From assembly GCA_035221665.1 (NCBI GenBank), contig CM069134.1:80538001-80602000 (forward strand): a stretch of 64,000 nt of DNA, read 5' to 3'. Position 1 is the stretch's first letter. Each line of letters opens with the position of its first letter. Of this stretch, positions 37,156 to 48,331 are shown one piece after another. A program made the position numbers and the translations under genes. This stretch comes from Okamejei kenojei (lineage: Eukaryota). The notes beneath the pieces were generated by a model. The model made no database searches. It was not told where the DNA came from and saw only the letters and a program-made list of their open reading frames with translations.

Positions 37156-39255
37156 GTTGAAAATGTACAGGCTTTTATTACCAAACCCTGCGTTCCCTCT
37201 TATTGAAAAGCATCAAGCTGCAACCAAGACCAACGTCCCAAATTCTCTCGGAACCTGGTCGATTTAATTAGGTGCAACGTAAAAGAACAATAAGGGAGTG
37301 CACCAGCTTAGTTTTCCCATTCTGGATTAGCCGGTGGCCAGCACATTGGAAGGCACCGAGACGAACAAACTCTTAATGTAGGGAATGTCTGGTGTAACTG
37401 CAAAATGATGCTCTGTTTCCAGCATTTTGTTTTTACTTCAGACTTCCAGCACTTAAGGATTATTTAATCACTGATATCTGTGCCGGGTTTAAAAGGATCG
37501 GCTTTGAGATGTTGCAAGGAGTTTGTTTGTGCGGCCACTGGCCATGTAATATAAATATTATAATCTTAATCCGTTCACTTCTTGCCCTTTCCGAGAGAGC
37601 GTTTTGCGTTCGGTGCAGTCAATTGCAATTGAATCTCATTTATCATTTTGTAAAAAAGCATCGTTATATCACTATACTCGCTTGGCAAGAGGCCAATGTC
37701 AAATAAGTTAAAGTAATATATGTAAAGGGATAGAATTGATGATGTCGGGTTGGAAAAATAGTGTCGTGAAGTTCAATATAAATCATTTCAAATAAAACAT
37801 TTTCGATTCCATCTGCAAAGTGCCAAAGTAACTAACTCAACGGGTCTACCTGACCCACTGAGTTATTCCAGCACTTAGTGTTTTGTTCGTTTCCCAACAG
37901 TTGCATTTCCCTATGTTTCAATTTAAAGTGACCGGGTTGCTTCGGCGTTGATGAGTATTTAGCAATTTTGACCATGTCTGCAAACCAACCGGAGCCAGAG
38001 AGATTTATTGGAGCGGGGTTAGCTATTATATTGGAAAACTCGAGATAAATTGGAATTAATGGTAATGGGAAATGTTCTTCTTCTCATCGAGTCCACATTG
38101 CAAGATTAGAAATTATTCAGCCACAGCTGAACACACGATCGGCATCTGCTACGATCGCGTCTTGCGCTTTTTGTGTTTATTGTGCGTGGTAGTGGAAAGT
38201 TTGGTGGAAACAGGGCCGCGACGTGAACGCTCTTCCCTTGACCCCTGGAATTTACTGAGAGTCAAGTTTTGATACTTGTCTGACGAAACAAAGAACAGCA
38301 GATGCTGGTTTACAACAAAAAAAAGCAAAATGCTGGAGCAACTCAGCGGATCAGGCAGCATCTCAGGAGAGCATGGATAGGCTTTTCGAGTTGGGACCAT
38401 TCTTTAGTCCCGACCCTAAATGTCACCTATCCATGGTGGTGGTGAGAAGTTCTCCAGAGATCCTGCGTGACCCACTGTTTTACTTCCAGCACTTTGTGGT
38501 TTTTTTTACCCTTGCCCCGCGCCTCGGTATTTCCATGCAGTCCTGGACCCGGGTGTTCAATTATTTGATTGGTAAAAGGCTAGTTTTCAGGCAAGCGAAC
38601 AAAATGTTATCGTAATTTAACAAATTGGCGGAAGTTGTCTGAAGCAGTTCAGAAAATGTTTACTGGTATCCGCTGGATTTAAGAAGAGTGAGCGAAGACT
38701 GGATTGAAATATACAAGAAACCGAGGGACCTTCACCGGGCGGATGTAAAGAGGTTATTTTCTCTCTTGGGAACATCTAGAACTAGGTGTCCCCGGTTAAA
38801 AAATGGCGGGTCGCCCATTACCTCAGAGATGAGGGGATTTGTATTTCTCTCGAGGAGGGGGTGGAAGCATAGCTTTTGAATAATTTCAGGTCGAGATAGA
38901 TAGACTATTTATGAGCAGGTGAGTGAAAGGTTGCCGGTGGTGGTGTTGGGGGGCGGAGATTATAGTCAGAATAACCATGCTCCGCATTTATCAGTGGTAA
39001 CAGAGAGCTACATTGTCGAACGTGCGTCGCTGTGATGAATCTTTATGCCGTGGGCCTCTATTATCAGAGACGTGTCTTGACCAACAACGTTCCACCTGCT
39101 GATTACCTATATTTCATGGGTATATCCTACCATTTCGCTGCTAATTCCCAATGTAATAAATGGTGCTTCCTATATTTTATTTATTTCGGAAATAAACAAC
39201 TCATCGGTCACAGAGCAAAACATTCAAAAATGCTAAAGTGAATCTTACTAACTCG

Positions 39256-39261
39256 TTTATT
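39256..39261 (-). promoter_or_regulatory. Candidate polyadenylation signal of TRGC
   Basis: AATAAA on the - strand about 340 nt after the TRGC stop codon. Confidence 0.45.
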
Positions 39262-39602
39262 GTCCGATTTATAGAATGATACATGCAGAATCACATGGGG
39301 TTTTTTTAAGGCGGCAAATTAATGTTAGCGAAGATTTCAGCAATAAAAGTGATTTGAAGAACACCTAACCGGCACCCCCATAGCAGTCTATCTGGCATTA
39401 GATTAACGCTGCTCGGTCTCTGTATTTTGCACTGTAATATATGTTTCAACGCGCGGCTTTCATTAGCCTCTTACAAGCCAACACATATTTTGCAACAGGA
39501 TGTACAATCCCTTTGTACGCAACGAAGACATAGACCGAAGCTGACAATGAAATGGAAGACATTTATCAAAATGTACAATGTACAAAATGTATAAAATACG
39601 AG

Positions 39603-39736
39603 TTACAATGGCTTCTTCGTGCCCCAGTATTCCATCTTGTAAAGTATGCACGAGATGATACCGCAGTACAACACACTCTTCATCAACAGAATGGTATATG
39701 TCAATGTCGCGACCTGCAGTGAGCTCACTGGTATTC
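39603..39736 (-). CDS. TRGC: TRGC exon 3 (transmembrane and cytoplasmic tail)
   Basis: cctag|(G)IPVSSLQVATLTYTILLMKSVLYCGIISCILYKMEYWGTKKPL*; TM segment with Y..LL.KS..Y and a single Lys, typical of TCR beta/gamma chains. Confidence 0.92.
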
Positions 39737-41305
39737 CTAGGTGAAATTGGAAAATGCAAAAATCGTTAGCTTCCGGTTTATTAGCAGAAATTATGATGTA
39801 TATCCGTATTTACAGATATATTTTGCTGTTTTTCGAAGCGATGGCGTGTATAACGCCACTATAAAAATAAGGTTAGCCAAAGTTTGGGCAAATGTCTCCA
39901 ACAATGTCAACTTCCCATGATCAGTGACTCAATTCGGCATATTTTCTATTCAAGATGGATGTAATGTTGAAATGAATGTAATGTTTACCTGCTTTGCTGG
40001 TACAAGCGAAATTAATGTCACCACACATATTCAATGATGGTGTTGAGTTTTCTAAATATGGACGCATTATATACAGCAAATAAACGGGAAAATCAACCCA
40101 ACTAGTTCATGCTCGTGTTCGTGTTGGGTTTTTTTTTATTACAATTTCGTGGACGTCTTAAAATAGAAATGTCCTTTAATGATACATGTCTACATGTATG
40201 TAATGGTTTGTCTGCCATCCTTTCCCCCAACTTGTAACATGCGCAGGTATAATCCACGTGAGCCAACAGACTCACAATTCATTATTTAATATTTTTTTTC
40301 TTAAACGTGTTTATTTTCTTATGTGATTTAATCTCATGTTATTTCAACCCATTTACGTCTTTGTAAGTACGTGGGCAAAGCCATATTAAAAATATTGTAT
40401 TACTTTGATGTTTTATTGGGTGAGTGTATGAAGATGTGCCCCTTATGGTAATTCGAATTTCACTGTATCTTAATTGGTACATGTGACAATAAATTGACCT
40501 TGAAACCTTGAAGATGTGCCCCTTAATGACAGTGATCGACGGGGTTATGGTGGGGGAAAGAATGGTTGGTTTCTGTGACCCAATGACTATAGCTACAGTG
40601 TCTTGGTAGCTTCGGTCGTTCTTATGTGTCTGCAAACTTCTTTATTTCTTTAACATTTCCCGTTAACTTAATCTTGGCGTTTCTAATTGCCTTTTCAACT
40701 GACCCTCTCTCCATATTTGCTAATTTATGTATATTCCTTATCATCGTCCTCGCTCTTGTTCATGCACCGAATATAACGATTTCCTTCAGTTTTCATTTTC
40801 TTCACTTCTTCAACTGGATAGTTTGATCGTGCATTTAACTTGTGTATCTTTCTGTGTTGACCGTGACTTCAACTGTGTTACACTGCTGATTTATATTTTA
40901 AAATGTCAAAATACATTCCAGTTTATTTGTGTCCGTTCCATTCTAATTCGGATTTTCTGAGCAACCTGTTACAATAAGCAGGTCTTTCTTTCATTTCTTT
41001 CCACAAATGGATATTGCTGGATACCTATCTAAGCCGCTTCAAATGACAGTGGGGGTCAGCCGACTGTACCTTAATTGGTACATGTGACATAAACGTTTGC
41101 CCTCATTGTCACCTTGCTCTTTCTAATAACATTACATGAACCGCCCCGTCCTGTGACAAGGTAAAGATTGAGTTGATTATTACCCTGTGCCGACAATCGG
41201 CAGATTTATTGAGCTATAGTGTCACCATTTGAGAGGTTACGATATTTGACCAGGCTAGGAGCCGAATAATACCCGGATCATCGTTTGATTTAAAACAGGA
41301 ATCAC

Positions 41306-41383
41306 CTTCTTCCGCGTTCTCTTGTAATTCCTGGACGCTCGGCGGGCAGGTGGGACCTCCTGGGTTAACAGCTTTGGGAACCT
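41306..41383 (-). CDS. TRGC: TRGC exon 2 (connecting peptide with interchain Cys)
   Basis: Pyrimidine tract+tttag|(E)VPKAVNPGGPTCPPSVQELQENAEE+1|gtgatt; 78 nt, phase 1-1. Confidence 0.85.
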
Positions 41384-41857
41384 CTAAAGGGTCGTAAAGA
41401 AATACAGAAACATTCATTGGAAATAATCGACAAATTCCGCAACGCGGGGCTGGATGGGAATAAGGAAATGAAACGAGCGAGCAGCCAGGAATTAATGTCA
41501 AGGCTTATGGGGAGGAGGCAGGAGAATGCGGTTTGCAGGAAGAGACAGATCAGCTATGACTGAATGGCGTGGACCCGAGGGGCCGAATGGCCCAATTCTG
41601 CTCATATCACTTATAACCTTATGATATTATGTTTGTGGGGGCACCGAAGAATTACACGTTCTGAGTCGGACCGTCTCTAAACTATTCCCTCCAGGCCCTC
41701 CCAGTGCAGAAAGGTGCGATAATAACCATCTGCCCCAGGCACATTATGCACAATGTACGCGAAGTCCCACACAAGCACCAAGAGGATGTTCTCATTTACG
41801 CTTTAAAGTTAAAACGAATTATATTTCAAACCCGTCCCCGCAGAAATGGGCTCTTCG

Positions 41858-42272
41858 AATAAGTTTATTGGCCAAGTATTCATATACAAGGAATTTGCCT
41901 TGATGCTCCGCCCGCAAGTGACAACATGACATACAGTGACAGTTAGGAATGACACATAAAATATTACACATTAATAATAAAACATTATCGATTAAACATG
42001 TGAATTAAATAAAATACCAGAGCAAAAGGAGGCTACAGATTTGTGGTTATTGAGTAGAGCTACTACTCGTGGAACAACACTGTTTTTTATGTCTGGCTGT
42101 GGCAGTTTTGACAGTCCGGAGTCGCCTGCCAGAGGGAAGTGATTCAAAGAGTTTGTGGCCAGGGTGAGAGGGGTCAGAGATGATCTTATCCGCTCGCCTC
42201 CTGGCCCCTGCAGTGTACAGTTCGTCAATGGAGGGAAGGTTGCAGCCAATAACCTTATCAGCTGATCGGACG
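41858..42272 (-). mobile_element. Rex1/Babar-like LINE 3' end
   Basis: RIVRSADKVIGCNLPSIDELY..IISDPSHPGHKLFESLPSGRRLR. The same 3' tail occurs at 17017-17178, with related fragments at ~1420-2000, 51385-51790 and 52400-53300. Confidence 0.8.
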
Positions 42273-42284
42273 ATTCGGCCCACC

Positions 42285-42510
42285 GAGTCCCCGCCGACCA
42301 ACGATCACATTATCCTATACACCAGGGGCAATTTACATTTTTTTTTACCGACGCCAATAAACCTAGAAACCTGTACGTCTTTGGAGTGTGAGATGAAGCC
42401 GGGGCACCCGGAGAAAACCTACAAGGAGAACGTACAAACTCGGTGCAGACAACTCCCCTAGTCAGGATCGAACCCGCGTTTCTGGCGCTGTAAGCCACCG
42501 GAGTGCCGCC
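42285..42510 (-). mobile_element. tRNA-derived elasmobranch SINE (HE1/V-SINE-like)
   Basis: Reverse complement of the 54575-54880 family; B-box GGTTCGATCC. Confidence 0.75.
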
Positions 42511-42952
42511 GTATTTGTGAGACGGTTTTGTGTTTCCTCCCTTTTTCCCCGGCCATTCTGCCGTTGTTATTATTGGGAGAATACTGCGAAATTAAATGAC
42601 TCTCCAGTGAAAGGTTGCCATATTTCCGCTCTGAATTTCAAGTGTGAGAGTATTTCTCGGTGCATTTGTAACACCAAACGGCGGCCGAATCCTGGATCTG
42701 GACCTAATTTCACATATATAGCATGAAACAGGAAAGTACATCAGGTGTCGGCGATATCAGAAGCGATGTAGTTACCAATAAAAAAGAGTATTATTGTTGG
42801 ATGCAATTGGTATATATTTATATAGAAAGTAATTGTGGGGTGGAAGATTGCAACCTTCACGTGGTCCGCCCTGTTTCGACTAATGCAATCAACTCGACGT
42901 GCTCAAACGGAAGATCAAATAGAACAAGTTGTCCTACAACGTTAGTCACACG

Positions 42953-42991
42953 GAAGAAGAAGAAGAAGAAGAAGAAGAAGAAGAAGAAGAA
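42953..42991 (+). repeat. (GAA)13 microsatellite in TRGC intron 1
   Basis: Directly visible in the sequence. Confidence 0.95.
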
Positions 42992-43341
42992 AGTAATTGT
43001 CATTGTTATATAAAATTAGAAATAAAAGAGTGTAACCCCACTAGAATTATGTTGTGAGTATTGGGTTCTGACCGACGCAAGGTACGAAGGGGAAAGAGGG
43101 TCGGAGGGAAAGGAGCGAGTCTGGCGGGAAACTTCATTCCGATTGACCCAGCGTGAGCGTTATTTGGGGAGCAGCTATATAATGTTATTATCGCTGCTTA
43201 TTTGGGGGGGGGGGGGGGGGGGGTGGTAGTAAAGGACTGCACTTGGAACTGTTTGGTCTAAGATTTAAATTTAGGAGAGCTGGTGAATTAAATGGATTTG
43301 CAAACATTCTGCCACATTGGCCGCGGAGCCCAGTACAGTAC

Positions 43342-43662
43342 CGTCTTTTGAATCCTTTGTAATCGTTAATTCTGGGACGTCGATTTCATGTTTCGCGTGG
43401 CAAGTAATGGATTCATCCTTCCATTGCAGCTTGGTGACACTGAGTCGGCTAATCAGCGAATAAGTATTTCCGTTCTCCATTTTCGTCACCGAATCCGTCT
43501 CAACGTTCAACGTCTGCTCCACTTTACCGATTTTCCACTCGACCTTGATCACCTCGGGGAAGAAGTCGGTCATCAGGCAGACCGCAACGGACTTGGTAGT
43601 GTCGCGCAGCTCATCGATCGACGGCGGGAAAAGACGAATTTTCGGAGCCCTGGGTGGTTCAT
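43342..43662 (-). CDS. TRGC: T-cell receptor gamma constant region exon 1 (Ig C1 domain)
   Basis: cag|(D)EPPRAPKIRLFPPSIDELRDTTKSVAVCLMTDFFPEVIKVEWK...TYSLISRLSVTKLQWKDESITCHAKHE...KD|gtactg; C1-set Cys-Trp-Cys pattern, phase-1 borders compatible with the J donors. Confidence 0.93.
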
Positions 43663-45907
43663 CTGATTGTAAAATATATTCTGCATTAAAGTGATTATAA
43701 ATTCCAATATTCGCGCTGAAAATCAGCGGCTGCAGATTTGAGAAAACAGTTAGAAATTTAACACCGACAAATCTGAGGGAATTCACTTTGCAAAGAATAA
43801 ACATAATGAGATTATCTAAAATTATAGAAATGTTGAGATTAAACAGACAAGTGCTTCCAATTCTGGGAGCGCCGGAGATTGGGTGGATTTAATGGGCTGT
43901 GGAAAGGGACTTAACACCTGTCCGACATGCTGAATGTCCTTGTCCTCAAAGTCATACAGTGGATTTGTGAATACCATGAATTTGACCGCCATTAGATATC
44001 TATGCTAATCCGATTTTCCACCACTTGGCGCGCATTTTCAATGCTCACCCAATAATTTCCCTGACAAGAGGCCCTGTCGCCACGAACCCTTCTCGTGGTG
44101 TGCATTCCGGATTTCAACCACCATTTGAGTGACACTTTTTCCTTCATATCGTCTTCAACACTTTATTTTTAATAAATGCACTGCTATTGTAGGCACTGGT
44201 TTACCTACGCGGCCAATGTGCCACCACATTTTGTGTACGTCAAACAGGTCCCGCATCATCTGTCTCGACTCCCAGTGGAATGAACCCAGCCTCTCCATTT
44301 TCCTCTCGTAACTCAACCGTTTCGTCCCAAGCTACATCTCCACAGCACCTTTCATGCCCAATCGTGTTCTTCCTATGGCGCGGCGACCGAAATATGCACA
44401 AATATTCCAGCGGTGTCTCAACTAGTCTTTTATATACACGTATCATTATCTCTCTGCTTTTATATTCTATAGCCCGGCTGATGAAGGCAAGTAGTCTTCC
44501 TAACGACTTTAATAACTCATGTTGCTGGTTATAGACATGTGCACGGAGACCCCACGATTCCTCAATACATTCACTGTTCCCATCAATCGTTGGGTATGCC
44601 CTAGCCTTAATAGTCCCAGAATATATGATTTCATTTTGATCCAGTGTTAAATTGCATTAGCCATTTCTTTGCACATCTGATGAATGAATCCTCACCATTC
44701 AGAACACTATCGACCTTGGTGTCGGCAGCAAGCTCGCTATTCATATACACCAAAAAACAAAGGTCCAGGCACTAATCCAAGGCTTCCAATTTGAAAAATA
44801 CCCTTCCATTACCGCCCCTACCTCATATTATCAAGCACAATTTTGTCCAAATTCCCGTATTACCCTGGATATCAGGGGAGGCATTTCTCCACAGCTTTAC
44901 TGTCTGGCATTTTCAATTTAGAACTAGTGCCGTTGCACTTCACAGAAGCTATAACTCGGTCGAATTAACGGGTTAATATCTTGGGTAGCAGGAAATCTGG
45001 GCTTTCCACTAAAAGAAATGAATCAATTTCTGAGCCGAGCGAAATCCCGATACAACCTCCGCCTTAATACCGGGTCCTGGGTTTTTTTCCTTTCCTCACA
45101 ACCATCTCTCTGGGGTTTGCAAGACTTCAAACTGATAACCTGGTCAAATTATACCCGCGGCTACCTTGTGTACAAGCTGCTACGGAACATAGAGAGTACT
45201 TTCCGCGATCACACGGATTTGCAAGAGATTCGACATCCGCAATTCACCAGTTGTTCGCCATCAAAGAACCCAGAAAGTCTCACTGAAACCCAAAGTTGTA
45301 AGTTGGATAAATCTTCTGCCATTTTCAATGAAAATTAATAACGAACTTCGACAGCGGTTATGTATGAAGCTGGTGTTAAATCGTTCGGGGTGTGATCTCT
45401 ACAACAGGTGTTGGATCTGAAAACCTGCGGAAGACCGCCGCCGCCAAAAGCCGAACTACATCTCGCTATCCCGGCCACTTAGCACCAACCAGTGGCGTGC
45501 CCTTCCAACGACAGGGCCGTTATCAAAAACCCAGCCTCATCGTGGAATTCAGCGGCCAGAAATACTATCCAACCATCAGCCACACAACCAGCTTTTGCAG
45601 ATATTCTGAATCAATAAACTACAGATTACTATAACCATCTGCAGCAAGTTGACCCGTTTCACAACCGGGTGATGCAGACCGCTTTGTGACATTAAAATAC
45701 AAAACGGCGGGATAGAGAAACAGAGTTAACTTTTTAATTCGAATAAGCATCCTCAATTTGTAACAATAACGCTGTTTCTCTTTCCACAGTAACTGTTTGA
45801 CATTCTGAATGCTACTGAGCTTTCTATTTTTAATTTCCTGCATCGTATTTTTAATGTTTGTGGCGGAGATGCTCGCGGGCCACTCTCGTTTAACCTCTTC
45901 TCGAGCA

Positions 45908-46002
45908 GAGTCTGATGAAGGGTCCCGACCCGAAACGTCACATATTCCTTTTCTTCAGAGATGCTACCTGACCCGCTGAGTTACTCCAACACTTTGTGTC
46001 TA
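45908..46002 (+). mobile_element. Short Penelope-terminal-repeat-derived insertion containing a minimal hammerhead ribozyme motif
   Basis: CTGATGA-A-GGGTCCCGACCC-GAAAC-GTC at 45912-45939; 12-bp direct repeat tcttctcgagca at 45896-45907 and 46003-46014. Confidence 0.65.
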
Positions 46003-46878
46003 TCTTCTCGAGCAAACCTGGCTTCGTACAAGATTCACAATAAATGACGGGGGCACGCCGCAGAGATGCATCTCTCAGTGGCACCGAATGTTTAAAATCA
46101 CCGGCCTCTCGTGAAAGGAGCCGTGTGTTATAAATGTAAGCGAGTGGCACGCTAGTGAATGGACAATAGACATCAGGTGCAGGAGTAGCCCATTCGGCCC
46201 TTCGAGCCAGCACCGCCATTCACCGTGATCACGGCTGATTATCCACAATCAGTACCCAGTTCCTGCCTTCTGCCGATAGCCCTTGACTCCGCTATCTTTA
46301 AGAGATCTATTAAACTCTCTATTGAAAGCATCCAGAGAATTTGCCTCCACTGCCTTCTGAGGCGAATTCCACAGATTCACAACTCTCTGGGTGAAAACGT
46401 GTTTCCTCATCTCCGTTCTAAATGGCCCACCCTTTAATCCACTTGACTGGTCAGAGTCGTGTACTCCGTCGGAGTTTGGTAGATTTATAAGGTGCACATT
46501 TTTTTCTATCCCTTTCGCACTGCCAAATTCCCAGTGAGGAGATTAAAATTGATGGAGGTAAAATTGGCGTCAGTCAGTCTGGACCAAGCCCCCGAGTCCC
46601 TCTCCGCCCCAATTCATTGCTTCAATATAGCACCCGGGAACCGATTTACAAGTCTGCGGATGGGGGCACGGAGTTTTCTCTTGTGGAAAGCTAGCACACA
46701 ACCCCTTGCTGCAAGCCCTCCCGCACTTTCAGTTCTTCATGCCCCCTCCACGTACCCTCTGCTGCCACCTCCCCCCCCTCCCCCCCAACCCTCTCCCACC
46801 CTCCTTCCAACCTTTCCCTACAGTTCTCGAACAGTTGCAACCTACCCCTGCCCCTGGATGCCCCCATCCCAGACCTAC

Positions 46879-46963
46879 CTGTGACGATGAGCCGAGTCCC
46901 GCTGCCGAATATTTTTCTCCATGTACCAGATGTGGCACGGTGTTCAGTGCATGTACAATAACC
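46879..46963 (-). other. TRGJ: TRGJ segment (C-proximal) with 12-RSS; coding 46879-46935
   Basis: TSGTWRKIFGSGTRLIVT+G|gtaggt; heptamer CACGGTG 46936-46942, 12-nt spacer, nonamer ACAATAACC 46955-46963. Confidence 0.95.
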
Positions 46964-47087
46964 GCCCGGCCCGGAATCTGCACCTGCCCTCCCTCCCCCC
47001 TCTCCCAAACCTTTCCCCGACAATCCTCGCTAGTAATCCGGCTTTCTCGTGAGTCCCAGTGGGTTCCGGTCATGCCCGAAGCCTCAC

Positions 47088-47172
47088 CTGTGACGAAGAG
47101 TTTGGTTCCAGTGCCAAATATCTTTCTATATACACCAGTGGTCGCACGGTGTTACACCGTCTGTCAAGAACA
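47088..47172 (-). other. TRGJ: TRGJ segment (middle) with 12-RSS; coding 47088-47144
   Basis: TTGVYRKIFGTGTKLFVT+G|gtgagg; heptamer CACGGTG 47145-47151, 12-nt spacer, degenerate nonamer TCAAGAACA 47164-47172. Confidence 0.92.
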
Positions 47173-48243
47173 TCGCGCCCCAACACAGGCACTTGTCAGT
47201 CATTAACTGAACTAAGATAGACACAAAAAGCTGGAGTAACTCAGCGGGACAGCCCATATCTCTGGAGAGAAGGAATGGGTGACGTTTCGGGTCGAGACCT
47301 TTCAAGGGTCTATCAATGTGTCTATCAAAGTCTTTCAATGAGTATCTTCGGGTTAAACCAGCATCTGCCATTCCCTCTTACACACTAACTGAACTAGTTC
47401 ATCTCGGGAAATCCCCGTACCCGGATCAGCCAGATGCAAGCAGTCATCTGCAAATTGCCCACGTCCTCAGTGAGAGTTGGGTGATCCCATGATTTCCTGA
47501 GTGGAATGGAAATTCCCACACTGCAATCTGCAGCAACACGTAGCTCGTAACTCGACCCGTTAACCCTAGGTCTCATGGGCAAGTCCAGAAAAAAATGAAC
47601 AAAGATCCGGAACAGGACAAAGAGTGTAGCGCATTGACAGCGGTCTTCTTATTGTCTTGGGTAGACGAAAAGGCTGGAGAAACTCAGCGGGTGCAGCAGC
47701 ATCTATGGAGCAAAGGTAATAGGCAACATTTCGGGCCACAGTACCTTATGCCCTCGGTGTCTACACAATCCACCGAGCACTCATTTATTCTAAATCTCAC
47801 ATCAATCCCATTTGTTCGACTCACATTCCCACCAATTCCCTCCGGATTCTATCATTCATCTCACAGTCGGAGCAATTTCTGCCGTGGCCTATTACCCAAC
47901 CAACCCTCACGTCTTTGGGGTGTGGGAGCAAAGCGGAGCACCCATCAGAAATCTCACGGTCACAGGGAGAACGTGACAACTCCACACAGTCAGCAGTGGA
48001 GGTCCGGTTTATTGGAATATGGAGGCAGCAGCTCTATAACCTTACGTAAAACTCCACACAACCATTATTTGAAGGAGCAGCAATGGGCGTCTCCTATCAA
48101 TCTCCTATCGATATCTATCCCTGAAACACGTGACAAAGAAAGAATGGATGGTCCTCACCATGATCCAGGCTGCAGTTTCTACATCACAAGTGCTTAGGAA
48201 AATGTTCAAGAGAGGGTCGGGATGCAGGTTGAATCACGTGTAC

Positions 48244-48331
48244 CTGTTACAACCAGTTTGGTTCCAAATCTGAAACAATATTGTTTCCCATCACTCGCAA
48301 CACCACAACATTAAATCAGCTCATAATAACT
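48244..48331 (-). other. TRGJ: TRGJ segment (V-proximal), non-canonical (FRFG), ORF or pseudo; coding 48244-48303
   Basis: VASDGKQYCFRFGTKLVVT+G|gtacac; putative heptamer CACAACA 48304-48310, 12-nt spacer, nonamer ATAATAACT 48323-48331. Confidence 0.72.

Noticed and set aside
43388-43666. Antisense or alternate-frame ORF over Cgamma (TARP-like idea)
   Set aside because: Opposite strand to TRG, no similarity to a recognised protein, and expected by chance opposite a GC-richer exon.
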